DNA of 59,139 nt, filler included, from Basidiobolus meristosporus CBS 931.73 (Eukaryota; Fungi; Basidiobolomycota), in assembly GCA_002104905.1 (NCBI GenBank). It is 4 parts of 4 records of this genome, joined end to end, with 100 filler letters (N's around TTAATTAATTAA, not from the genome) between each part and the next. Parts side by side here need not be neighbours in the genome. Positions count along the whole stretch, not along the records: positions 36,886 to 59,139 come from MCFE01000980.1; 3 more parts are not named here. One strand, written 5' to 3'. A model generated the notes under the pieces. The model was not told the origin of the DNA, made no database searches, and saw only the letters and a program-made list of their open reading frames with translations. Shown in pieces: positions 50,467 to 59,139 of this stretch. The position numbers and the translations under genes are program-made. Each line of letters opens with the position of its first letter. Positions within the stretch are counted from its first letter, which is position 1.

Positions 50467-50797
50467 CTTATTGAGTTGTTATGAATCGAGGGCAAGCGGA
50501 GGAGGACCGGAGGATGTCCAATACGAATCAGAGAGGTTATCTGAATAGTTGATGAACCGGTAAAAGGTTGATGCTTTATTGATAGTGTTCAAAGGAGTTT
50601 ATATAGAGATAGCCTCGGAGGGAGAGCTTCCGATAACGTAGGGCAAGCTTCCAAAAGGAGGGTTCAAGATGTATTAAATAACGTGTGTATCACTGAGTGC
50701 GATTGATCGTCTGTGTGGAATTCCAGGTGTTCGATCAGTAGTGTTCAAGTGATCGGTAGTGACTAGTTAGGATTTAAATCATAACATACTCCCACAC

Positions 50798-53700
50798 TTA
50801 AAGAGGTTCTTCTCCTGAAGAGTCCTGTCTATCGGACTTGTAATACCAGTATTTGGTTGGTGGTGTCATTGGGTTTTTTAGCTGTGCTTCCTTTAGTCGG
50901 TCTCTATGCACTAGGTCCTCCTTTACTTTACCTGACATGTCTGCGAGTTGAAATGTATTGAAGGGCATTTCTCTTGTGATAATAAAGGGTCCAACCCAAT
51001 GTGGTTCTAGTTTTAGCCTACTTTCATTTCGGACTAATACAAGTTTTCCCAAAGTTAAGGGTTTTGTTACCACTGTTTTGTTGTACTGTTCTTTCATCTT
51101 CTCTGCTTGTCGTTTTAAATTCTTGATGGCATCATGTCTTGCATGTCCTAATTCTTCCAGTTCCCTTGTTCTGAATTCTGCCAAGTCTTTTTGGTTCTTT
51201 AAGTCCCAGATGTATGGTGGTAAGGTATCACCTGGGATTCTTGGATGTGTACCATACACTAGGTAGAAGGGGGACTTTTGTGTTGCTGAATGGACTCTAA
51301 TACGACAGGCAAAGAGTGCTTGATGTACAAATTCATCCCACTTATGTTTGGCTCCTTTGACATAAGTAGTCAGCATCTTCCCAAAGAGTCCATTGAACCT
51401 CTCTGTGACCCCATTTGTTCTAGGGTGGTATGCTGATGTCTTCAAATGTCTAACCCCCATTATCTGAAGGTATTCTTTCAAGGTTTGTTCCAAAAAGTTT
51501 GCTCCTCTGTCAGACAGAATTTCACCTGGGCATCCAAACTGCATAAAGATTTCCAGGTAAAGGAATTTTGCAACATTTTTTGCAGTAGCTGCTGGCATGG
51601 CTTTTGCTATACACCACTTAGTGGTATGGTCAATTGCAGTTATGATCCACTTGTTCCCTCTTGAAGTTTCAGGCAATATTCCAATGAAGTCAATTCCCCA
51701 TCTGTAGAATGCTGGAACTGGAGTCAGTGGTTCTAATGGGGCATGTTCCTTGTTGTATGGTCTAGCCAGCTGGCACTCAGGGCAGGTCTTGAGGGTCTCA
51801 GCTATAAATTGTTTGAGTTTAGGCCACCAGGCTCTCCTTTTAGTTATTTCATAAGTTCCTTGGATGCCCAGATGTCCAAAGGCTTTATGATTCTTGATTA
51901 TCATGTCACCTCTGTATACAAATGGAATATATGGTACAGGCCCTATTTCTTCCATGTGTCTGTAAAGTACCTCGTCTTCACCATATGAGAAATTCTCTGC
52001 TTCTTTCTTAATCTTGACCCTTACTTCCTGTGATAAATCTTCTGGCATTGTCTGACTTGCCAAGTACTCTGGCATGTATTCTGGCCAGTCCAACTCATGA
52101 TCTACCATTGATATATGTTGCCTTGAGAGTGCATCAGCAACTGTATTCTTTGGCCCAGGGAGGTAGTGGATTTTAAAATCAAATTGTTGTAGTTCTTCAA
52201 TCCATCTAGTTATTCTTCTGGATAATAGCTTCTGGGTGTGAATGTATCTTAGGGATGCATGATCTGTATATACCACAAAGTGTTTGCCCTCCAAGTAGCA
52301 TCTCCACACTCTCAGACAATGTAGTATGGCATAGAGTTCTTTTTCATGGACTGGGTAGTTTTGTTCAGTTACTGATAGCTTTTTGGACTCATAAGCAACC
52401 GGGTGTTCTTTTTGAGTCAGTACCCCTCCAACAGCTAGATCTGAAGCATCAGTGTATACACAGAAAGGTTCTGAGAAATCAGGCAACTGAAGCACAGGGG
52501 TTTGGCATAGCTTTTCTTTCAGAGTTAGGAAAGCTGTCTCACAGTTTGGGGTCCATATATAGTCTTTCTCTTTTTTGGTCAAGTCTGTAAGGGGGGCTGC
52601 AATAGTTGCAAAGTCCCTGATGAATCTTCTGTAATATGATGCAAGTCCCAGGAAGGATCTCATTTCAGTGAGTGACTTTGGGGCTTCCCATTTCTGGATA
52701 GCATCTATCTTGGCTGGATCCATGTGTAGTCCTTTATCTGAGATTATGTGACCAAGGTATTCAACTGATCTGGTGAGGAATTCACACTTAGGAAGTTGTG
52801 CATATAGCTTGTGCTTTTTTAGTATAGCCAGTACTGTCTTCAAGTGCTTCATGTGGTCATCCATGCTGGTACTATAGATCAGAATGTCATCTAAGTAGAC
52901 CAGGACAAATTTCTCTAAATATGGTTCCAGGATGCTATTCATGAGTGTCTGAAATGTTGCTGGGGCATTAGTCAGGCCAAAGCTCATCACAACAAACTCA
53001 TAATGACCATATCTTGTGTTGAATGCTGTCTTAGAGGTGTCTTCAGGCTTAATTCTGATTTGGTGATATCCAGATGCCAGGTCTATTTTAGAGAATATCT
53101 TTGCCTTCCCCAGTTGGTCAAAGAGGGCATCAATTCTTGGTAATGGGTAGGAATTTCTGACAGTGATTGCATTTAGGGCCCTGTAGTCCACACAGAACCG
53201 TAGCTTCCCATCCTTCTTTGGAGCAAAGAGTACTGGAGCTCCCCATGGTGATTTACTGGGTTTTATCCAGCCTTTAGCCAGGTAGTCCTTCAATGTTTCC
53301 TTCAAAGTCTCCATTTCCTTTGGGGAGAACTTATATGGGGCTCTGTTTCTTGGTTTATCATCTGTTACTTCTATGGCATGGTCAATCTCTCTGCTTGGGG
53401 GTAGTGCAGGGATTTCCTTGGGAAAAACCTCTTGAAACTCTGCTAACAAGGTCTTGAGCCTGTCATTTGTCACTTCTGTGGTCTCTTGGATTTTGGCAAA
53501 GGCTATCATGTGCAACAGTTTGGGATTCTGTCTGATAGAGTGGGCAAACTGTTTCTTTGATATGGTGTGTTCTGGTGCATTGCCTTTGTCCAGGGTTGGT
53601 TTGGGTGACAGATGATATTTTGCATCATCCTTGTTGATTACAACTTCCTGAGTCTGCCAGTTTATGTCAGGATTGTGCTTTCTTAGCCAAGTTTGTCCCA

Positions 53701-55147
53701 CATTGATTTCAAAGTTGGCTTGGGGTATGATAATTGGGGAAATGGTGTCTTGGAAGTCCCTGATTTGTAAAGTCAAGGGTTCAGTCCTGCTGTTCACTAT
53801 AATTGATTCCTTGGTGGCACAGAGGATGTGAATTGGGGGGCAAGGGATTGTTTGTAGCTTCATCTGATCAGCTACATCTTTTGAAATGTAGACATCAGTT
53901 GCTCCACTGTCAATGAGTACAGAGACACATTGGTTGTTGTTGAGAATCCCTGGGAGTTTCAGCATCTTTGGGGTAGTATATAAGCTCTGAGTCCTCTGAT
54001 ACTCCTTAACAAGGCTGATTGTGTGCTCCTCCTCCTTAGTGGAGAGTTGGAATACTCTTTGTAATGGCCTCTTTGGGCATTCATTGACTTTATGACCCTG
54101 TTCCTTGCAGTAAAAGCATAGTCCAAGCTTGAAGCATTCCTCTTTAGAAGGTCTTGGTGTGCTCTGCATAACATCTAGGTCCATAGGCTCCAGTGTGTGG
54201 GGGTAGTGTGCACCTTGTTCAGTGATTGGTTGACTACCAATAGGTATGTGGTTATTGGCTTTGAGGCCTGTAGTAGTTCTTGAGTGACCAATTCTGTGGT
54301 TGACAGCCCTTCTGAAGTGTATGGCATCATATCTTTCTGCCAGTTCCATAGCCTCTACTAGGGTTTTGGGGTCTTTGTATTCAATTTCCCATCTAGTGTT
54401 GGATTTCAGGCCTCTTAGGTATTGCTCAAGTAGTTCAGTATCAGGCATGTTTTGAATTTCCATACTAAGCAAGTTAAACTGCTCATTGTACTCTTGAACA
54501 GACTTGGCTTGAAAGAGTTTGGACAGTTTTTCTCTTGCCATTCTATCAGCATTGATAGGTGTAAACCTCTTTCTCAATGCTTTAACAAAGTCAGCCCAGG
54601 AGGCTATGGGTGGAAAGATGCCCCTATTCATTCCTTGAATGTGAAGTTTCCACCACATGGTTGCTTCCTTTCTGAAAAGTGAACAGGCATAATGTACTTT
54701 GACTTCTTCAGAGTCATCTGAGAAGTATAGGTACTGCTCTACTTCAAATATCCAAGTCTCTAGAGTGGCAGTGTGTCTTTTGCCTTCAAAGATGTTGGGT
54801 TTCTGAAGTTTCAGATTTGTTGCTCTATATTGTTTTGTGAAGTCCAGAGAGCCTTGCCCATCTTCTCCAAGATTCAAGGAATTGGGAGGCACCGCAGGTC
54901 TTACAGATGAGGCTTCACCCTCTCTCTGTATACCTTGACCAGTAAACCATGATCTCTGGGTGTTCACAAAATGTAAAGAGTCCAAGTCTGTCTGCCTACC
55001 CATTCTTGGGTCCAGACTAGGGAGGGCCGCAGGCTCAGTTGTGTGGGACTGTCCTTGACCGGCTAACTCAGCAACTTGTTGTTCAAGACTCTCAATATAG
55101 GCCAACATTTCTTCTGAAGAGCTAAATTTTGGCTTTTCTTCACTCAT
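50798..55147 (-). CDS. Gag-Pol polyprotein (Gag, CCHC, protease, RT, RNase H, integrase; no chromodomain)
   Basis: [15 protein letters not shown]; LIDSGAT; [11 protein letters not shown]; VYLDDIL; YTDASD; HKAFGHLG...CPEC; WGIDF; SDRG; TNGVTERFN; WVGPF. Confidence 0.97.
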   Translation of the reverse strand: MSEEKPKFSSSEEMLAYIESLEQQVAELAGQGQSHTTEPAALPSLDPRMGRQTDLDSLHFVNTQRSWFTGQGIQREGEASSVRPAVPPNSLNLGEDGQGSLDFTKQYRATNLKLQKPNIFEGKRHTATLETWIFEVEQYLYFSDDSEEVKVHYACSLFRKEATMWWKLHIQGMNRGIFPPIASWADFVKALRKRFTPINADRMAREKLSKLFQAKSVQEYNEQFNLLSMEIQNMPDTELLEQYLRGLKSNTRWEIEYKDPKTLVEAMELAERYDAIHFRRAVNHRIGHSRTTTGLKANNHIPIGSQPITEQGAHYPHTLEPMDLDVMQSTPRPSKEECFKLGLCFYCKEQGHKVNECPKRPLQRVFQLSTKEEEHTISLVKEYQRTQSLYTTPKMLKLPGILNNNQCVSVLIDSGATDVYISKDVADQMKLQTIPCPPIHILCATKESIIVNSRTEPLTLQIRDFQDTISPIIIPQANFEINVGQTWLRKHNPDINWQTQEVVINKDDAKYHLSPKPTLDKGNAPEHTISKKQFAHSIRQNPKLLHMIAFAKIQETTEVTNDRLKTLLAEFQEVFPKEIPALPPSREIDHAIEVTDDKPRNRAPYKFSPKEMETLKETLKDYLAKGWIKPSKSPWGAPVLFAPKKDGKLRFCVDYRALNAITVRNSYPLPRIDALFDQLGKAKIFSKIDLASGYHQIRIKPEDTSKTAFNTRYGHYEFVVMSFGLTNAPATFQTLMNSILEPYLEKFVLVYLDDILIYSTSMDDHMKHLKTVLAILKKHKLYAQLPKCEFLTRSVEYLGHIISDKGLHMDPAKIDAIQKWEAPKSLTEMRSFLGLASYYRRFIRDFATIAAPLTDLTKKEKDYIWTPNCETAFLTLKEKLCQTPVLQLPDFSEPFCVYTDASDLAVGGVLTQKEHPVAYESKKLSVTEQNYPVHEKELYAILHCLRVWRCYLEGKHFVVYTDHASLRYIHTQKLLSRRITRWIEELQQFDFKIHYLPGPKNTVADALSRQHISMVDHELDWPEYMPEYLASQTMPEDLSQEVRVKIKKEAENFSYGEDEVLYRHMEEIGPVPYIPFVYRGDMIIKNHKAFGHLGIQGTYEITKRRAWWPKLKQFIAETLKTCPECQLARPYNKEHAPLEPLTPVPAFYRWGIDFIGILPETSRGNKWIITAIDHTTKWCIAKAMPAATAKNVAKFLYLEIFMQFGCPGEILSDRGANFLEQTLKEYLQIMGVRHLKTSAYHPRTNGVTERFNGLFGKMLTTYVKGAKHKWDEFVHQALFACRIRVHSATQKSPFYLVYGTHPRIPGDTLPPYIWDLKNQKDLAEFRTRELEELGHARHDAIKNLKRQAEKMKEQYNKTVVTKPLTLGKLVLVRNESRLKLEPHWVGPFIITREMPFNTFQLADMSGKVKEDLVHRDRLKEAQLKNPMTPPTKYWYYKSDRQDSSGEEPL

Positions 55148-55330
55148 TTTGTTTTTGGGTATTGTTTGATTTGCGGTAGGCGGGTGTGTTTACCAAGGGG
55201 GCTGGTTCTCTGGCAGAATTGACTGGGTACTGTTTTTTTTCTTTTTTTGAGTGAAACGGAGGGTTTCTCTGGGAGGTTGGGAGGGTCTCGGGCAGGTACG
55301 GAGGGTATCTCTGGACAATTGGAAGAATAT

Positions 55331-55496
55331 CTGGGAGATCGGAAGAGTTTCTGGGAGATCGGAAGAGTTTCTGGGAGATCGGAAGAGTTTCTGAGAGATT
55401 GGAAAAGTTTCTGGGAGATCGGAAGAGTTTCTGAGAGATTGGAAAAGTTTCTGGGAGATCGGAAGAGTTTCTGAGAGATTGGAAAAGTTTCTGGGA
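55331..55496 (-). repeat. 20 bp tandem array in the 5' UTR of copy 2
   Basis: Eight units in the order A A A B A B A B (A=ctgggagatcggaagagttt, B=ctgagagattggaaaagttt) plus a partial unit. Confidence 0.92.
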
Positions 55497-56056
55497 GGTA
55501 CGGAGGTTTTTGTTTTTTGGAGATCGGAGGTTCGCTGCTACCAATGTTATGAATCGAGGGCAAGCGGAGGAGGACCGGAGGATGTCCAATACGAATCAGA
55601 GAGGTTATCTGAATAGTTGATGAACCGGTAAAAGGTTGATGCTTTATTGATAGTGTTCAAAGGAGTTTATATAGAGATAGCCTCGGAGGGAGAGCTTCCG
55701 ATAACGTAGGGCAAGCTTCCAAAAGGAGGGTTCAAGATGTATTAAATAACGTGTGTATCACTGAGTGCGATTGATCGTCTGTGTGGAATTCCAGGTGTTC
55801 GATCAGTAGTGTTCAAGTGATCGGTAGTGACTAGTTAGGATTTAAATCATAACAGTATGGCAAGAAGTGTCAATAGTTCTCAGACAAGTTCTGTCAATCA
55901 CGACTTCTATTCCACAAGACTTTACTCCATTCAGAATGCTCACTGTATCATGTACCCATCTTCACATTGAACCTACCAATGCAGATGGGTAGCTAGTCGC
56001 AAGGTATGATCAGTGAACATAACATGAAGTCAGGTAATGGGTCAAATACTGAATTC

Positions 56057-56127
56057 GCCATTGTAGTATAGTGGCAGTACATCGCGTTGTGGCCGCGTCG
56101 ACCTCGGTTCGATTCCGAGCAATGGCA
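56057..56127 (+). tRNA. tRNA-His-GTG: tRNA-His(GTG)
   Basis: GCCATTGTAGTATAGTGG...TTGTGGC...CAATGGCA. Confidence 0.93.
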
Positions 56128-56426
56128 TTTTATTTTAGTGGTTGTCAGATCAGTACAGCCCACAGACTTGCATTCAAGGTGCAAATGAACCACATTTTGA
56201 AAGTGCATTACTAGATAGCGTGTGTTCTCATACAAGCACAATCTGGCATCGTTGGTAGCTTTGTGTTTCCTTTTGTTACAAGCTATTTGGCAATAATTAA
56301 CGACCACTGAAATTGACGAATTTGGAAGTTCTTTTAATCACAAAAAATTAGTATCGAGTGACATGAACACTCTAGGTTTGCGAACCTTTCTAGTCGTAAG
56401 AAAAATATGAGATGGATGTAATATAC

Positions 56427-56509
56427 GGTAACATGGCCGAGTTGGTCTAAGGCGCCGCACTCAAGTTGCGGTCTCGTAAGAGGCGTGAGTTCGAATCTCA
56501 CTGTTACCA
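56427..56509 (+). tRNA. tRNA-Leu-CAA: tRNA-Leu(CAA), intronless
   Basis: CCGCA-CTCAAGT-TGCGG anticodon arm; long variable arm. Confidence 0.95.
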
Positions 56510-56634
56510 ATCCTTTTTGGTTCACAGCCCCTTCATTGTATTCTTCATTGGCGGGCTACAGAAATAAATATTTAATGCAAGATTACGAGTGAGTAAGTAC
56601 TATAATATAGATTAGCTTATAACAGGTAGTTGCT

Positions 56635-56706
56635 GGTTTCGTGGTGTAATGGTTAGCACCCAGGACTTTGAATCCTGTAATCCGAGTTCGATTCTCGGCG
56701 AGACCT
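56635..56706 (+). tRNA. tRNA-Gln-TTG: tRNA-Gln(TTG)
   Basis: CAGGA-CTTTGAA-TCCTG anticodon arm. Confidence 0.95.
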
Positions 56707-56811
56707 AATTTTCTGCGATTTTTAGAAAACAATAGCTTCAACATACTTTATTAAACAAGATAATGTTAAATGTTTAGTCATATATTTAAAGAGAGAAGGA
56801 TTGATATATCA

Positions 56812-56893
56812 GACAATATGGCCGAGTGGTTAAGGCGTATGACTAGAAATCATATGGGCTCTGCCCGCGCAGGTTCAAATCCTGCTGTTGTCG
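56812..56893 (+). tRNA. tRNA-Ser-AGA: tRNA-Ser(AGA)
   Basis: TATGA-CTAGAAA-TCATA anticodon arm; long variable arm; G73. Confidence 0.95.
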
Positions 56894-56898
56894 TATAT

Positions 56899-56972
56899 GC
56901 TCGCATAGCTCAGTTGGTTAGAGCGTGGTGCTAATAACGCCAAGGTCGCAGGTTCGACCCCTGCTGTGAGCA
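56899..56972 (+). tRNA. tRNA-Ile-AAT: tRNA-Ile(AAT), 5 nt downstream of tRNA-Ser
   Basis: Identical body to 31171; T5 terminator follows. Confidence 0.95.
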
Positions 56973-57418
56973 TTTTTACCTTTTTCTGTGTGCAGTATTT
57001 AGTTGGAGTAGGGGGCAGGGTGTTGAATGGAAGTCGGATGGTCACTTGTATGGTACTTTATTCATGAGTAAATCCATTTTAGCGCTTATTTGTCAATCAG
57101 TGCTCAAAGTAGAAATTGTGATTTTTATTGAATTCAATCTAATCAATGTACAATCAAGGCCAACAACGTTGCAGCAATATACCCATTTTATTGTGTAGTA
57201 AATATCGTGTGTATGTTTTTACTGAGTCAGAAGATATACACTGTGCAGCTGGGGGAAATTGACACACATCATAGATGGGTGGGAGAGGGGAAAATGTATT
57301 TTCATAGGTAGGCTAATTGTTCAAATTGTTTTTGCCAGCCCGATAGCCTCCCTAACATGCTTTACCAAGTATTAAATAGTGTGCGTTATAAATTATATAT
57401 TTCACTTGATAGATATCT

Positions 57419-57490
57419 TCTCAGATAGTATAGTGGTAAGTATCCCCGCCTGTCACGCGGGAGACCCGGGTTCAATTCCCGGTCTGAGAG
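57419..57490 (+). tRNA. tRNA-Asp-GTC: tRNA-Asp(GTC)
   Basis: Identical body to 31418. Confidence 0.95.
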
Positions 57491-57758
57491 TTTTCTTTTG
57501 GCTATTTGGATGATGGGATTAATTGAAGGTTGGGTTTGATGATACGTGATGGTGTGGGCAATGGCCTTTTTATGAAAGAACATAACAGCTAGTAGACATC
57601 ACAATGCTATCGAGTGAATAATCAAATAAACTATTGTATTGCAGAGGATATGCACTGATTGCAGCCATCATGTCTAGAGCTTATCATGCCATGAAACTTA
57701 CAAAAGTAAGTTTGAGTATTAGTATTCCGAGTAACATGGAACATAAAAAATTGTTGTA

Positions 57759-57831
57759 CGAGCATACCAGGGATCGAACCTGGAATCTCCTGATCCGTAG
57801 TCAGGCGCCTTATCCATTTGGCCATACGCCC
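57759..57831 (-). tRNA. tRNA-Arg-ACG: tRNA-Arg(ACG)
   Basis: Identical body to 47303. Confidence 0.95.
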
Positions 57832-58003
57832 ATGTACAGTCATATTGGAGGTCGGATCATTAACAATTGTACATACATCTAAACATGTGCTAGCAACAAG
57901 AAAGATCTATAGTTTGTCGCTGATCCTCTCTTGTGATCACAAAATAATTTCATCTCGAGTCACTCGTACTACACCAACTTACAAAAAGTTACTGAATGTG
58001 AAC

Positions 58004-58075
58004 TTCCGCATCGGGGAATCGAACCCCGGCCTTCTCGGTGAGAGCGAGAGATCCTGACCACTGGACCAATGCGGA
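58004..58075 (-). tRNA. tRNA-Glu-CTC: tRNA-Glu(CTC)
   Basis: Identical body to 47749. Confidence 0.95.
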
Positions 58076-58427
58076 TATTCTTGAACCAGGGAAGATTTAT
58101 GCGTCCATGGATGGACATGTAACTGAACTGTTGTATTTCATTCGGCCAAGTATAGTTGTTATACTTTGGAGGTGTATTTGCGGCAGTCATGCAAAGCTCA
58201 CCGTAGCTACACAATAGAGTCACATGTGATACGCTACTGCCTGTACTCTTTTCTGTCTTGCTCAATTGCCAATGGTACATTACATTACGTGGTAAGGTAA
58301 TGCCTATACTTATTTCGTTATTAGAGTGATCCGGTCATCTGGGATGATCAATCTCTAAGGGGAGAAGGGCTTGGGAATAAATCTATTACGTTACATCTCT
58401 GATTATGCGTTGCTCCCTTTATCAAGT

Positions 58428-58497
58428 GCATACTTGGTTTAGTGGTATAATTACCGCCTGCCACGCGGTAGACCGGGGTTCGATTCCCGAGTATGCA
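58428..58497 (+). tRNA. tRNA-Gly-GCC: tRNA-Gly(GCC) (1 nt short in the C run of the T-stem)
   Basis: Body as 30327 but attcccga instead of attccccga. Confidence 0.8.
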
Positions 58498-59139
58498 TTT
58501 TGCTCGCATTTTGTCTAATTATGGCTGCTTTCACTCAAAAAACCGCATCTCTGTTTTCTGCTTCTCCTCTCAACTGTGACAAGGGTCACTTCTTGCACCG
58601 TACACAATCTTCTCCCTAACCCTAGGGATGTGTTTCTCCTCGAAGATGTGTAAACACTAAATCTAGACACAGGGATGAATGCCTTTAGCCTCTGGATTGT
58701 AGGGTGTGCATCTCAAACTTCATGAATACTTAATTCTCGGTAACGTTGAGCACATCCTGGGCAAACAAGTTTAGGGTTAATAAAAGTGAATAAACATTTT
58801 TACTCGGTCACGCGCAAACTTTTGCAAAACTGAGTATAGATAATTTTTTCATAACGGCCCAGGTATGTGCCACATTGCTTATGCTGACAAAGTGCTTATG
58901 CCAGCTTCGAACCCATGGGTTAGTTGTCACAGCTAGACGCATTAACGAGAGTGATTTCCTAACCATCGATGCACTGCTATCTAGAATAGAAATGGTATCG
59001 TGCAGTATGCACACATAGAACTTTGTGTCCATCTACGTACAATATGAAGATGGGTAACATAATGCGTAGAAGATTGAAATAGCATATTTACTAGCTGAAA
59101 GACCACTACAAAGAAAAGCAGTTATATTCAGAGTTGAAG

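Larger units (their letters stand above)
50477..55854 (-). mobile_element. Ty3/gypsy LTR retrotransposon, family A, copy 2 (intact, probably autonomous)
   Basis: 310 bp LTRs at 50477-50786 and 55545-55854; iMet PBS at 55532-55543; PPT; single 1449 aa gag-pol ORF; flanks (gagt / gtat) do not form a TSD. Confidence 0.97.

Noticed and set aside
55140-55589. Repetitive 139-149 aa ORFs upstream of gag
   Set aside because: Translations of the 20 bp leader tandem array; no evidence of coding function.
56057-56127. tRNA-His lacks an encoded G-1
   Set aside because: Normal for eukaryotes; G-1 is added by Thg1.

Overview
Eukaryotic (fungal) nuclear DNA, most likely an early-diverging fungus; a Basidiobolus-like zoopagomycete is my inference, not established. 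The window is four unlinked contigs joined by an artificial N44-TTAATTAATTAA-N44 linker (about 11225, 22242, 36786), so linkage across these points means nothing. Contig 1 (1-11224): several secreted-protein genes (8-Cys peptide, pseudogenised 3xSH3-like/GH24 muramidase, bacterial-type CAP protein), then an abrupt AT-rich, intronless, repeat-rich island that looks like a DNA virus or plasmid. Contig 2 (11325-22241): PEX1 whose 3' end is fused out of frame to an intron-containing Rab-GAP (TBC) fragment, CSN2, an intronless XPG/FEN1-like nuclease and a hypothetical gene. Contigs 3 and 4 (22342-59139): dense tRNA gene arrays that together cover all 20 amino acids plus a 5S rRNA gene, including a Ser-Ile tandem and a 2.7 kb inverted triplication that may be an artefact. 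The arrays hold two near-identical young Ty3/gypsy elements and older LTR families. The strongest signal is that four LTR insertions from three LTR families lie 10-12 bp upstream of tRNA genes. This points to Pol III-gene-targeted integration, comparable to yeast Ty3 or Dictyostelium DGLT-A. The young element also has an almost CpG-free ORF between CpG-rich LTRs.
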